Assembly: GCA_951406725.2 (NCBI GenBank)
Contig: OX597831.1
Span: forward strand, 64,976,001 to 65,040,000
Length of the DNA stretch: 64,000 nucleotides
Direction of reading: 5' to 3'
Source: Octopus vulgaris
Taxonomy: Eukaryota
Under the pieces are notes generated by a model that was given only the letters and a program-made list of their open reading frames with translations, searched no databases and was not told the origin of the DNA. The stretch's first letter is position 1. Every line of letters starts with the position of its first letter. Positions 27,738 through 44,185 of the stretch are shown here, in pieces. The position numbers were made by a program, and so were the translations under genes.

Positions 27738-27976
27738 TTACTTATCCATTAAAGTAAGATCAACAAAAAACCCATTTCATCTAAATCTTTTACTTGTTTC
27801 AGTCATTAAACCGTAGCCATGCTGGGGCAACGCCTTGAAGAATTTTTAGTTAAACGAATCGACCCCAGTACTTATTATTATTATTTTTTTACAAACATGG
27901 TACTTATTCTATCGGTCACTTTTGCCGAACCGCTAAGTTACGGAGACATAAACACACCAATACCATTGTTAAGGGG

Positions 27977-28047
<71 letters not shown>

Positions 28048-28299
28048 GTAGATAGATAGATGGGTGATGGCAGCATCGGAGCGTCGATTAAGATAGCTTG
28101 TAGTCTTTGGTTGCGACCTTTTATATTATAGTTACATCTCTGCATGTATTTATGCTCAAATCTACTTCACCTTCGATAAAATTATGCTCCTGACACAGTA
28201 TTGAGTCAACTAAAAGCCTTGAATACGAACAGGTGGCATGGTCGCAATCCAATGAATGTAGCTGTAAATCTGTTAAAGCATATACAGTTTATAGCTGTT

Positions 28300-28755
28300 G
28301 TTTATCAGATATAGTTTCAAGTTATTGACTAAATGAACACATGTATGATACAGTATGAGCATTGGTGTAGATCGATGCATCTGGTACTTATTGATTTGAC
28401 AGATACACCTGACAGTTATTGACTTGATCGATACAGCTAACAGCTATTGAGTATATCGATACAGTTGGTAGTAATTGACTAGATCTGTTGACTCGAGAGA
28501 TACTGGTTGGAGGCATTGACCAGATCAAAACAGATGGTAGTTATTGGCTACATTGCTACATCTGGTAGCTATTGATAGGATCAATACAGCTGATATCTGT
28601 TGACTAGATCAGTACATCTGGTAGCTATTAGCAAGATCGATACAGCTTGTGTCAGTTGACTTGAGGGAAACAAGTTGGAGCTACAGCTGGTTGGTATTGA
28701 CTAGATCAGCTGGTATCTGTTGACTATTTCAATAGAAACGGTATCAGTTGACTGT
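28300..28755. repeat. Degenerate 28-bp minisatellite
   Basis: Consensus approximately GATACAGCTGGTAGTTATTGACTAGATC, about 15 diverged units. Confidence 0.75.
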
Positions 28756-28940
28756 GTCTGTGTTTGTGTTTGTTGCCCACCATCGCTTGACAACCGGTAT
28801 TAAGTTGCAACCGTAACTTAGCGGTTCAGCAAAAGAGAACGATTGAATAAGTACCAGGGTTTTAAAAAAAGTACTGGGGTCGATTCATTCGGCTAAAAGA
28901 TTATCCGAGGCGGTGCAGTCTAATAACTAAAACAAGTAAG

Positions 28941-28983
<43 letters not shown>

Positions 28984-29138
28984 ATATATAATATATATAT
29001 TTATTATATATATATATATATATATAAATATATATATGTATATATATATATATATTTATATTTCTATAGCTATATTATTTTATTATATATACATATACAT
29101 ATATATATATATATATATGATTCATACATATATATATA

Positions 29139-29184
<46 letters not shown>

Positions 29185-29200
29185 TATAGATAGATAGATC

Positions 29201-29256
<56 letters not shown>

Positions 29257-29291
29257 TAGATAGATAGATAGATAGATAGATATAGATGTAA

Positions 29292-29510
29292 AGGCGGCGA
29301 GCTGGCAGAAACGTTAGCATACCGGGCGAAATGCTTAGCGGTATTTCACCCGTCTTTATGTTCTGAGTTCAAATTCCGCCGAGGTCGACTTTGCCTTTCA
29401 TCTTTTCTGGGTCGATAAATTAAGTACCAGTTACTCACTGGGGTCGATTAATTGACTTAATCCCTTCGTTTGTCCCCTCTATGTTTAGACCCCTGAGGGC
29501 AATAAAGAAA
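29292..29510 (+). mobile_element. SINE family B
   Basis: Full copy starting GGCGGCGAGCTGGCAGAA. Confidence 0.9.
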
Positions 29511-29516
29511 TATGTG

Positions 29517-29577
<61 letters not shown>

Positions 29578-29748
29578 GCACGCGCATACGTGCATACATA
29601 CATCCTTGCACACACACACACACACATATATATATGCATACAGCACATGCGCCGGAAACGAATATACTTGTATGTGATTGTATGTGTGTGTATATATGTA
29701 TGTTTTGCGTATGTATGCATGCGTATATGTATGTATATGTGTGTGAAT

Positions 29749-29790
<42 letters not shown>

Positions 29791-29926
29791 GGATGGATAA
29801 ATATACATGCACACACACACACACACACACTCATATATATTCTCTATTTGTGTGGTTTTATTTTTTCTTTTCTGTAAAGGTGTATGTTTTTATTCTCTGT
29901 ACCTGAGTTCTCAGTACACAGGTGCG

Positions 29927-29976
<50 letters not shown>

Positions 29977-30447
29977 TACACGCACATATACACACACACA
30001 CACGCACAAAACATACAGACCGTGGTGGAGGTAATGCAGTGGAAGTGGAAGTGATTCTATTGTCTCAGAAAAAAGTACCCAGTTTCTACATAATTTAAAG
30101 AACTTCTACATCAGTATCGAACACAGAATATTACAACACAACGTAAAGGACCCACATTAATCAGCAACAGCAACAGCAACAACAAAACTTTATCTTTAAT
30201 ACATACCTTGTAAATCCAAATGTCAAAAACGCGTGTTCTCTCATCATTATTTCAAAGATCAAAAGAGCAATAATTCTCGTATTCTTGTTCGCCACCTCCA
30301 TAGAATAGGCATTTTTTTATGTCGTTTAAAGTTGGCCGATGTTGTTTCATTTGTCTGTTACAGCAGAAATTCCTTCACATCTAAAAAAAAAACTTTGAAC
30401 AGTCGAGAAACCAAGTTGAAACTACTCATTCTAAAGAACCGACTATG

Positions 30448-30482
<35 letters not shown>

Positions 30483-30553
30483 CGCACATCCACATCTACA
30501 CAAACGCACACACGCACACACGCACAGACACATCCACGCATATATATATATAA

Positions 30554-30636
<83 letters not shown>

Positions 30637-30665
30637 CTATATTATTTTATTATATATACATATGC

Positions 30666-30716
<51 letters not shown>

Positions 30717-31098
30717 TATAGATAGATAGATATGTATATATATATATATATAAGGGGTTCGAAAGAGGGTAGTTGTGAAGACGAGTGTTGTTATCAACTA
30801 ATATGTATTGTCGACTTAAATGGCCCCCCCTTATGAAAATAATAATTAATTGCAATTACTGTTGTATAAGTAAATCATGAACCCTTTGTTCCCGCCACAT
30901 CTTAGCATTGTGTTTGTTCTTTGTTTGCTCGCAGCCTGACTAATCTGTCTTTCTATGTGCGATTGGCCATAAATCTAGATTTTTTTATTATTTTCGTTAC
31001 CAACCGTTACACTCCCTCTGCATCACGTACCCACCACTCGCCAACGAACATTACCATCACTACAAGTACAATGCTGAAATAATATACATATGGCTTAC

Positions 31099-31161
<63 letters not shown>

Positions 31162-31589
31162 GAAAGTAATGAGAGAGAGAGAGAAACTGGAAGAGAGTGG
31201 AATAGATTTTGTCAACTGATGTTTTTTTTTTTACTGATAACCGCCGGCATGTCGACATCAATGTTTATTTTTGGTGTATATTAACTTGTAATGTCAAGTT
31301 TCAAGGAGATTGTTCGCCAAGTATATTTCTATTTATTCACGAGTGTTTATTGATAAGTTTGAAGCAAATAACAAGTTAAAATAATCTTTCAAGAGATACT
31401 CCTTCCGTTCATTCCCAGATTTCCGCTTGATTCTGAAGTCACAAGAATACAGCTTATTACCCAAAAACCCTACAAACCCGAAGCCCTAACACAGAAAGGT
31501 TTTTATTCAACATATGCATTGCTTTGCTTCTCTGTTTCGTTTTAGAATTAGTTCAACACGTATATTAAATTCTATAGTATGGAAAAGAG

Positions 31590-31623
31590 AGGTAGATAGA
31601 CAAGCAGACTGATAGACAGACAA

Positions 31624-31685
<62 letters not shown>

Positions 31686-31686
31686 T

Positions 31687-31768
<82 letters not shown>

Positions 31769-31828
31769 CAGATAGATAGATAGATAAGTAGGTAGGTAGA
31801 GAGATAGATAGATAGACAGATAGACAGG

Positions 31829-31926
<98 letters not shown>
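31590..31926. repeat. (GATA)n microsatellite
   Basis: Direct reading. Confidence 0.95.
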
Positions 31927-31927
<1 letters not shown>

Positions 31928-32461
31928 AAAAGGTGAATGAAGAAATAATGAAAATTGTCGCTTGCTGAGTCTATGTAAGAGCATCAAAGTCTGTAAGAAT
32001 CCTGCTGCCGTCTCACCTACACAACTCCTAACTCTGACATTTGCCAACATTCTGAAGCAAAAATTTCGAAACTATGTTCCAAAATGATATAAAAAGATAG
32101 TGAAGGGCAATTCGCAGTTTGTATTTCACGTGAGCACGTTGAACGACGTGACGGGTTGCGCATGTCAGCCTCCGCTAAATTATGTCTACCCTGAACGGTG
32201 TCACATATTATCATTATCTCAAACGACGCTGGTGCTTACTATCAGGGAAGATTTAACAAGTAAAAATAGCTAAAAAAATAATGGTAAATATTTTCAAGTG
32301 GTCTTTTCCTCAATTATGCCTTATTCCCCCCTCTCTCGTTCTCTTCCTTTCTCTCTTTCTCGCCTTGTCTTTCTTTATCTTTCATTCTCTCTCTCTCTCT
32401 CACTCTCTCTCTCACTCTCTCTCTCACTCTCTCACTCTCTCTCTCACTCTCTCTCACTCAC

Positions 32462-32497
<36 letters not shown>

Positions 32498-32806
32498 ACT
32501 ACCCTCTGTTCTCCTTTGTTTCTCAATCATCTTCTCTTCTTCATTATCTTTCCCCCACCATCTCCACATCTCGTACAATATTTTCCAGCACTTTTTTTTT
32601 TTCGTGCTTTCTTTACTTCGTTTTTCTTATGTCTTTCTTTCTTTCTCTCTCTCTCTCTCTCACTCTCTCAGTGAATCTGTCTCTTTCGCTCTCCCCCTCC
32701 TTCTCTCTCTCTCTCTCACTCTCTGTTTCTTTCCAATTTTCTTTTTCTCTATAGATTGTCACAATGTGTAAACTTAACAGAACTACCCATGAGATCTATC
32801 AAGTTT

Positions 32807-32866
<60 letters not shown>

Positions 32867-33357
32867 ACAACATTCAAATACGTTTATTGAAGAGAAATTT
32901 CCTCATAAAATCATTTCCATTCGATAGCTCAAAGAGAGACCCTCATTGCACCCTCTGTCGAATCATCTTTCTCTCATTACATCATCTCGTTTCCATCACA
33001 TTTTACAGTTATTTGAAGAAAATCGATCCTGTCCTCTTGAAGTAGCGGTAGCGTAGCTGTGAGAGCGGAGACGATGAGGGCGGTCCAACCCGGGCGGCAC
33101 ATACCCAAACGACGCCACACTATGTGGTTGCAGTGTGTGTGTGTGTCTTTTATCTGTTATCTGTTTCGATCTGTAGCAATGCTGGGGCATGGCTTCGAAG
33201 AATTTTTAGTCGAACGAATTGACCTCAGTACTGTTTGTAAGTCTGATATTTATTTTATCGATCACTTTTGCCCAACAGCTAGTTTACGGGAACATAAACA
33301 CACCAACACCGGTTGTCAAGCGGTCGTGGTAAGACAAACACACACACATACATTTAC

Positions 33358-33411
<54 letters not shown>

Positions 33412-33413
<2 letters not shown>

Positions 33414-34320
33414 TGACTCCCTAGCCGGTGGAAAGGCTCTGGGAAAAGACGACATCCCCTCAGAGATCATCAAAGCCGGCAAAAACACCACCCTGCTTCA
33501 GCACCTTTATGAGCTTCTGTGTCAGTGCTGGGAAGAGGGTGCAGTCCCTCAGGATATGTGGGATACTAACATCATCACGCTTTACAATTACCGTGGAATA
33601 TCTCTTCTAAGCATTGTTGGAAAGACTTTTGCTCGCGTTATCCTGTCCAGGCTACAACTGCTTGCTTCTCGAATTTATCTAGAATCGCAGTGTGGCTTTA
33701 GAAGCAGATCAACTATTGACATGATATTCTCCATACGCCAACTTCAGGAGAAGTCCAGAGAGCAGAAAATGCCATTATATATGGCCTTCATTGATCTGAC
33801 AAAGGCCTTTGACTAGGCCAGTAGAAAAGGCCTCTTCATCCTGCTTCAAAAAATCTGATATCCACCAAAGCTGCTGAAGATCATCGAATCTTTCCATGAT
33901 GATATGCAAGGCACCATATAGCACGATGGTTCAACATCAGCCGCTTTCCAAATAAAGAACGGGGTAAAGCAAGGTTGTGTCCTTGTACCTACATTATTTG
34001 GCATCTTCTCGCTGCTGCTGTCACATGCCTTTGAGACATCAGATGATGGAGTGTTTCTGCACAGTAGAAGTGACGGGAAACTGTTCAATCTCTCGCGTCT
34101 GAGTGCCAAGACCAAAATCAGAAGCGTCCTGATCAAAGAGACGTTCTTTGCTGCTGCTGCTGCTCTGGTATCACACTCAGAAGAAGCCCTGCAAAGGTTC
34201 ATCAACTGCTTTGAGCAAGCATGAAAATACTTTGGCTTAGTTATCAGCCTCAAGAAGACCAACATCATGGGTCAGACTACATCGGACATCCCAAACATAC
34301 ATATTGTTGACCACAGACTA
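33412..34320 (+). mobile_element. RTE-clade LINE reverse transcriptase fragment
   Basis: NYRGISLLSIVGKTFARVIL, ESQCGFR, STIDMIFSIRQLQEK, LYMAFIDLTKAFD, GVKQGCVL; in-frame stops. Confidence 0.92.
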
Positions 34321-34321
34321 C

Positions 34322-36339
<2,018 letters not shown>

Positions 36340-36386
36340 TATATCGCTTAGGCATAGCGTTACCTGGTGGCAGAACTCAATATACA

Positions 36387-36469
36387 TAGCTCCGACGAAG
36401 CTGTTAGGTGATACACAGGCACTCAACCATGAGTACACAGCATCTTATAGCAGAAATAGCTGTATGCTA
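36387..36469 (+). ncRNA. Variant hammerhead-like motif in a (TA)n-embedded insert
   Basis: TAGC-T-CCGACGA-A-GCT...AGC-A-GAAA-TAGCTG-TA-T-GCTA; core deviates (U4 to C). Confidence 0.35.
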
Positions 36470-36680
36470 ACGAAGTGCATTGCATAATTTCTCGTTCCCT
36501 TACCATTTACATAATCTCATATATGTATATAGGTGTGCATGTGTGTAAGATGCGCTTTCGTACAATTTTCATCTACCAAATTTCATTCACAAAGCATTGG
36601 TCGTCGGCCCGAAGTTAAAGTACAAGAGACTTGCCCAAGTTTGTTGTTGACTCAGAACGAACAGAGCCAGAACAAATACC

Positions 36681-36990
36681 TATTTCTTTACTACACACAA
36701 GGGGCTAAACACAGAGAGGACAAACAAGGACAGACAAACGGATTAAGTCGATTATATTGACCCCAGTGCGTAACTGGTACTTAATGTATCGACCCCGAAA
36801 GGATGAAAGGCAAAGTCGATCTCGGCGGAATTTGAACTCAGAACGTAGAGGCAGACGAAATACCGCCAAGCATTTCGCCCGGCGTGCTAGCGATTCTGCC
36901 AGCTCGCCGCCTTTCTGCCAGCTTGCCGCCTTTCTGCCAGCTCGCCGCCTTATCTACCAGCTCGCCGCCTTATCTACCAGCTCGCCGCCA
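36681..36990 (-). mobile_element. SINE B with five tandem copies of its first 19-20 nt
   Basis: TTCTGCCAGCTCGCCGCCT-type unit x5 at 36894-36990; TSD AACAAATACC at 36671 and 36992. Confidence 0.9.
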
Positions 36991-37499
36991 CAACAAATAC
37001 CGCAAAGGATTTTTTCAACGATCTAACAATTCTGCCGGCTCGTCGTTCTTCCAGCAAATCATTCAACGAAGAAATTACTATATCAGTGATTTCCAGCCTT
37101 TTCTAACCCTCTGACTCCTGATTACATTTTTGTAATCGGTATGTACAACGGTATGATAAAGTTATTGGTGTGCTTAATAAAATAAAGTCATTTTTCAGAT
37201 TTAGGTTGTAACTGTATTCTGAAAACGGGTTTTAATAATGAATATTCTTTCCCATTTTTTTTATTTTAGTTTTTTTTTTCTCGGAGTCTCTGAAATGCCG
37301 TCTCACATGCCTGAACTGCGGACATGCCTGGTTGCGAGCCCCTGCTCTACATGCGCACATGACCTTCAAGAAATAGCACCCAAATCTTCCAGGGTCTTCA
37401 TAAGTAAAGACACATTGGATAATGTAGTTCTAAATACTACAATGTCTAAAAAGAGGAAGTAGTGAACACTTATTCTTGGACGACTCGCGAACTAAACAC

Positions 37500-37527
37500 C
37501 GCTACTACTACTTCTTCTACCACTATA

Positions 37528-37617
<90 letters not shown>

Positions 37618-37636
37618 GCTACTACAACTACAACTA

Positions 37637-37674
<38 letters not shown>

Positions 37675-37692
37675 ACAACCACTACCACCACC
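37500..37692. repeat. (ACT)n/(GCT)n compound microsatellite
   Basis: Direct reading. Confidence 0.95.
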
Positions 37693-38174
37693 TCCACCCT
37701 ACTGTTGCCACTACCTTTAAATTAACTTTGTTCTTTGTCTTTTCTAAAGCCCTTATAAAAAAACGCTTCTATTTCGAAGTACATATTTCAAGTACTCATC
37801 TCCCCTTCTTTATCTTTCCTCCTCTCTCGCTTTCTTCTCCTCCTTCCTCTCTCTCTCACTCTCTCTCTTTCTTAAATCTATCTCTGTCTTTCTCTTCCAG
37901 ACTTTGTATTAAACACTTGCCCTGCCTTTATCTTGTGGATGTTCCTCTTTTCTCTTGATGTTCTCCATAACACTACTCACAACAATGCATCTGAAACGCC
38001 AACTCTTCTAACCTCACTTCCTCGCTCTCTTCCCAATCACTCCATATTACGCCATCGACGCCGTACTTATCTTTCAGACTTACCAAACAACATTTTTTCA
38101 CAAGCAATAAACTTCTCTGTCCTTCGTAGACTGCTGCACTATTTAATCCTCTGTTGTTTCATAATAAATAGATG

Positions 38175-38605
38175 GGATCTCTTCGGTTTGAACGGCAGTT
38201 TTTAACATAAATTCTAGGTAACTAAAATTTTTTAACTTCATATACTGGTAGAATGTGTTTATAAAACATCTTTTTCTCTTGGCTTTATTGAGAAAATTCT
38301 ATAGTTTGTAAGATATTTGTTGTTTTTTCTTCAATTTCTGCAATTTCAACCAATCACTGACGTCCATTGAGGTAAAAAACATTCTGTGCCGTATGAATAT
38401 GTCCCTCGTTTAAAAAACAGATTGGGTTTATTTACATATCTGAAGAAAAAAAAGATACCCTTCTCCCCACCCCTAACCCTAACCCTAACTAATCCTAACC
38501 CTAAAACAGATTGAAATGCAATAGATCGATACTAGGGTCATAATTATGGGTGACAATTTCATATGACACCGCTAGAAAAAACTGCCATTCAAACCGAAAA
38601 AATCC
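38175..38605 (+). mobile_element. MITE copy 5
   Basis: TIRs; 8-bp TSD AATAGATG. Confidence 0.95.
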
Positions 38606-39724
38606 AATAGATGAATAAATGATCTCATAAGAGTCAGGCGCTTAACTCGAACTCACTTACTTTGTATTAGAAGAGAATGTATTACACTTATGTGGGTGTA
38701 GGTTAATGAGAACGTGTAAGTTTGTAGGGTAGGTAGCAAATATAGAACTAGTGGAAGTATCTTCTCAAAGAGCAGAATGTAATAAGCGAAGGACAAATGA
38801 GGAAGTCGACATTACACACACACACATGTGTGTGTAATGTGTATACACATTCACACGCTAATACAGACATATGCACATACATTCGTATACACGCCCGTAT
38901 ACACTCTTTTTTTTTTACCTCTATTTTTTTTTTTTTTCATTTTCTTTCTTCCTGTATCTTTCTCCCACACTCTCTTCTTCACCTTTTTTCCAATTTCGAA
39001 ATTTAAAATTATCCATTTCCTGATAATTTTACAACGAAAAGATTTTAATCAGTAAGTCCTACAGCACAAAGCATGAGAGAAGCTTGTTTCAGAAACTAGT
39101 TAATTTTTGTCTTAGTATAATTGAAAGAAAGGCATAAATTTCAGAAAAAACTTAAAGCGTTTCTCTTTAAATATGATATTTAAATGTTACAGATTTAGGG
39201 TGATGGCCCTTTCAGAATTATACTGAAATCATTTATAAAACGACGGAAAGTTCAAACTGAAAATGGTAAGTAACTTCAATTTAAAAAGCAATGAATGACA
39301 TATACCAAAAAAGATAAACCGTGTATTTTTATATTTATTGTACAATACTTGAAAGCTGTTGATGGACGAGCGCTCAAACAGTCTGGAAACGGCCAGACGG
39401 TTGAAAAGCGGTCTAGCAATAGAAACGCAGTTAGACGAGAAGAAATAGTCTGGCTTTGAGGATCAGTCAAACTCTGAGAAGCAGTTTGACATTTGAGGAG
39501 TCAGTCGAAATTGAAATAAAATGGACGGTCTTATCAATTTTGATAGAAAGGAATCCCAGCCACCACGCATTGTCTGTTCACTAAATGATAATTGTGATCA
39601 CCTCGTTATCATCTTTCATGAAGACAATGATCAGAGGAATGAAGTGAACCAAATGTATACATGCGCGCGTGCACAAACACACACACCCATATATACATGC
39701 ATATATACACGCATACACGTATAC

Positions 39725-39897
39725 ATTATGGCTGCCCCCTCGTTATCGAGTATGGCCATTGCACGAAGCTTAACTGTTACTGGTGCTGTGATCGAATGTG
39801 ACTTTTTAGCCCAGCTAAAGATCTACAATGTCTTGTATAGAATTGGCAACTAAATCCTTTACCGGTAATAGCCGGCTGTAGTTGTAACTGGGCTTCA
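39725..39897 (-). mobile_element. RTE LINE 3' end
   Basis: C-terminal Zn-finger-like [21 protein letters not shown] followed by a short 3' UTR. Confidence 0.75.
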
Positions 39898-40553
39898 TGT
39901 ACATACATACATACATACATACATACATACATACATACATACATACATACATACATACATACATACATACATACATACAGATATACTGAATTGTGGCTGT
40001 TAAGGAAAAAAGGTTTAAATAGAAACTTTTACTATATTGTTAGATTTGGGGATGGGTCATCCTTTGCCAATTAAACACACGTACTATTTATTTGATCTTC
40101 AATTTAATTTAATTAGTATTATTTTTTTTTTTGTCAGTTTATTTGTTCGTCAAGTTCTTTTTTCTGTCCCATGCTCTTGTCCTGTCTATTCCATTTTGTC
40201 GAGGGACAAAATGGAACAAGAGGTGACACATGAGACAGAGAGTCGTTGAAGAGGTCACAGAATTATACTTGTCTCTGTTTATCTCTATCAAGCTTCAGTG
40301 GGTGCATTCATGCATTTATTAACATTGTAATCGGAAAGATTGAAGTCGTGAGCATGGCATTGCAGTGAGGTGCGCCAGAAAACGCGCTACGTATTTGTAT
40401 TGGAACTTCGTTTATTTTATTTATACAATATAAATAAAACATAGATTAAATATGAATCTAAATTTGAGGCAGATTCTCTGTTCAACTTTCTCTTCCATGA
40501 TCAATGCGATGAACACACGCTACACACGTTACTTCCAAGCACTGCTGCAAACA

Positions 40554-40622
40554 GCGGAAGTGAGGTAGGAGATTAAAACTTAGTGCGCATGCACAGAAGA
40601 GTTCAAAGTCAATCTGTGCCAA
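40554..40622. promoter_or_regulatory. Possible transcription-factor motif cluster in unique sequence
   Basis: ETS-like GCGGAAGTG, NRF1-like TGCGCATGCA, nuclear-receptor-like AGTTCAAAGTCA and an NFI half-site within 70 bp; could be chance. Confidence 0.2.
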
Positions 40623-41005
40623 GCGGCTTCAGTGAGCGTCCTTTAGCTTCGTTATTATGGCAATAGTCCGGATACTTATTGATCAGACCACACACACACA
40701 TATATAATGTATATGTATGTGTGTGTGTGTGTACGTGTGTGCCTGTGTGTGCGTGTGAGTGTGTGTGTCTTTGTATCATATGTATGTATGTATGTATGCA
40801 TGTATGTATGTATCTGTGTGTGTGTGTGTGTGCATGAGTGTTTGTAGCGTTTGTTTATTTTTATGACAAAGCAAGTCTGTTTAGATACAGCACTGCTTTT
40901 CCCAACAGGGGAAGGGGCAAGAAAAGTAGTCCCGAACATTTCTTACTCACCTGAAACTTGGCAGCCCACCACAGTTGTCTGGTTATTCAACATCGCAGTT
41001 GAAAC

Positions 41006-41810
41006 ATGAAGAAATTTGAGAATATTAACCTTGGTTCTTGGACTGTGCGCACTCTCCAAGACAGTCACTCAGCACCAAAACGAAAAACAGCACTGGTTGC
41101 CCTTGAACTAAAGTCACCAGTGCCTTGGCGCATTAATGTTCTGCCTTTGAAAACTGTTGAAATGCAGGCTGAGCTCTCTATCAAGTTGGACACTGCACTC
41201 AACGCTGTTGATATCAATGATGACATAGAATCATCTTGGAAGGCTCTGCGTGATGCAATGCACTCTGCATCTGTTGAGGCTCTTGGAATCCCTGTTCGTA
41301 AACATCAAGATTGGTTCAACGATAACAACACAGATTTCCAACTGTTGACAGATAGAATGCACAACTCTTACAAAACATGGATAAATGATAATAACTCATC
41401 CAGAAAAGAGAATGCCTACAAGAAATGCAGAGGCCGGGTCCAATGTGTTCTGAGACAGATGAAGGTAGCTTGGTGGTCTTCCAAGGCTACTGAACTCCAA
41501 GAAGCTGCAGACAGAAAGGATTCTAAAGCCTTTTATGATGGTCTCAAGGAAGTGTATGGTCCTCAAGAGCACAGTGTTACTCCTATTTTTCATTGAATAG
41601 AGAGACACTGTTGACTGACAAATCTGACATCCTGAAACGATGGAAAGACCACTTCGAAGCCGTGTTGAACTCCACCTCAGTCACTAATGATGACGTCAAA
41701 ATGTCTATTCCACAGCACGCTGAAATACCGGGACTGTCTCTGGAGCCAACCTTCCTGGAAGAGGTAAACTTTATTAAACAGATCTATTATGGTAAAGCGC
41801 CTGGCAGCGG
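41006..41810 (+). mobile_element. Internally deleted RTE LINE fragment
   Basis: APE start LGSWTVRTL..KTALVALEL fused to linker RKHQDWF, FYDGLKEVYGP, ILKRWKDHFEAVLN, GKAPG. Confidence 0.88.
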
Positions 41811-42779
41811 AGTATTACGCACACATCAAGGACGTTGCAGTTTCTGCACCCACAGACATCCTAAACAACATCCAGAAAAGGACCACGTGAGTTGAAGTCA
41901 CTCAAAAACACACAATACCATTATCTGGCCTAAAATCGGGCGATCTCATTTCTCTGCCATTTCAACTACTCCTACAAAACCCCTAATCCTTCAGTCTGGT
42001 AGGCTCGAACCACTTCCAATCAGGCATTTCTTTTTTTCTCGTCTCTTTTCCTCCCATCGCCTTTGTAGTATCTACTACCCCTATTTATGGCCCTTCTCTA
42101 ATCCTCACGCCCTCCCCAGAGCGTCGACCTTCTAGAATTCCCTTTCTGTTCATATCTTTCCCGCACATGTTGACCGAGAAAGATTTAAGAGAAATATTAA
42201 TGGTTGCAATCTCAGCAGTTTAGGAGGACCTACAAAAATCCCACGAGCCTGATTTTGTCATATTTCGGCGAGGGCGAGATCCACATCCGTACAGCAGCTG
42301 AATCCTTCAACACCTAAAAATGGCCATGAAAAGATTATGTCAGACCTAGTTGAATCAATAAATATCTCCATTGTTTTGCTTTTGAACTCTAGTTGCAGAT
42401 TGTCATACTTATCACTTTATCAATATAAATTACTTGAAACGAACAGAAGGACTGTTTACATAAAATGTAAAAGTCTATGATCTTTCACATTCATCCAGTC
42501 TGGTTTCTTGAGTAATTTAAACAGCATTGTGAACTGTATTGTAATGCATGTCCATACAACAATATACCATTGATCGACACTAAGCAATCAAACAATGCTT
42601 TCGCATTTGGTATTTATTTAGCGTATACACATACCACATGCCCGTGCACGCAATCACACACACATACATACACCCCACACACACACGCATACACACACAT
42701 CACACGTGTGTATGAGTATATATATATATATATGTATATATATATGTATATACACACACACACACACACACACACAATA

Positions 42780-42900
<121 letters not shown>

Positions 42901-43280
42901 ATGTATGTATGTGCATCACCTAAACTAGCAAATATAAAATTACAAAGACTGTTTACTTTCCTGATCTACCTGGACTCCGGGTGTCAAGGGTGGAGAGTGC
43001 TTAGTGAAGTAGACAGAGCAGTGTGAAGCGATTATGAGCAAACCTTTGATGGATCACTTACACGACAGGTCTTCCTGAACTTTGGGAACCGGATATATCG
43101 CGTGTTTGTTGAAGTCAAGGGAAGATCTCCTAACCTTTCCACAGCTAAGACTGCTGTGCATGATTTCTAAAATCACATCCTTCACAAGGCAGCCCTTGCT
43201 TTTAACAGAATACAGCAAATCTATAGGATCTTGCGGAGTAAACATCGATTACAAATCCTGCTTTTCTATGGGTAGTAGTA

Positions 43281-43497
43281 CCTATTTTTTTATTACCCAC
43301 AAGGGGCTAAACACAGAGGGGACAAACAAGGACAGACATAGGTATTAAGTCGATTATATCGACCCCAGTGCGTAACTGGTACTTAATTTATCGACCCCGA
43401 AAGGATGAAAGGCAAAGTCGACCTCGGCGGAATTTTGAACTCAGAACGTAACGCAGACGAAATACCGCTAAGCATTTCGCCCGGCGTGCTAACGTTT
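43281..43497 (-). mobile_element. SINE family B
   Basis: Near-full copy. Confidence 0.9.
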
Positions 43498-44185
43498 ACC
43501 TGTAGAGTCATATGTCAACAGATCGGCATCATGGCAAAGAGTAGCGTGGTGTCGAGTCTGAACTTAATTGTCAGATGTAGAACACATCCGCTCAAGAATG
43601 CTGAAAGCCATGGCGAGAGGGAAAACTATAAAAAAAAAAATGAAAAAAAGAAAAAAAAAACTAAGAATGTTGTAAATGCCAGCTGTCCCATATATTTGTG
43701 CCATTGTTAAGCTTAACAACATTCAAAATGAATGATTATCATGCAAAACGTTATTTGTTCTGCTTGAAAATCCAGCAGTGATGGTGGAGTGGTTACACAT
43801 ACAGGCTTAACAGACTGAGAGTGTGTAGCTGCAAACCTGCACATTGGCGGTCCAGTGTGTTATATAATGCCGTTTTGAAGGTAAAAGGAGGTAGCGTCAG
43901 CAGCTCGGCAGCACAGTCGACGACTTAGCAGGCAATTAAGAACAGTACTTCTTACACACAATGTGAAGGGTGGGGGAGACTAGAAAATGTGTTCTAAACG
44001 AATGCTACTTTGCTTCACACTGATCAGCGTGCCGCAGCCGATGGCTGTTCGTTCTTAATGCGAAAAAGACGAAGAGAAGAAAAGCAGTATTAGCATTGCC
44101 AGCATGAGTCTGAATGTTGTTTGTTGGAATATTTATACCTTACTTGGGTCAGGAAATGAAAATAGCCCGGAAATAAGGATTCCTC

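Noticed and set aside
28300-28755. CRISPR-like array
   Set aside because: Units are contiguous and degenerate with no unique spacers, there are no cas genes, and the context is eukaryotic.
39370-39491. Small hairpins as miRNA precursors
   Set aside because: The stems are too short (6-10 bp).
40561-40582. let-7-like TGAGGTAGGAG
   Set aside because: Only the 5' half matches and no precursor hairpin is visible.
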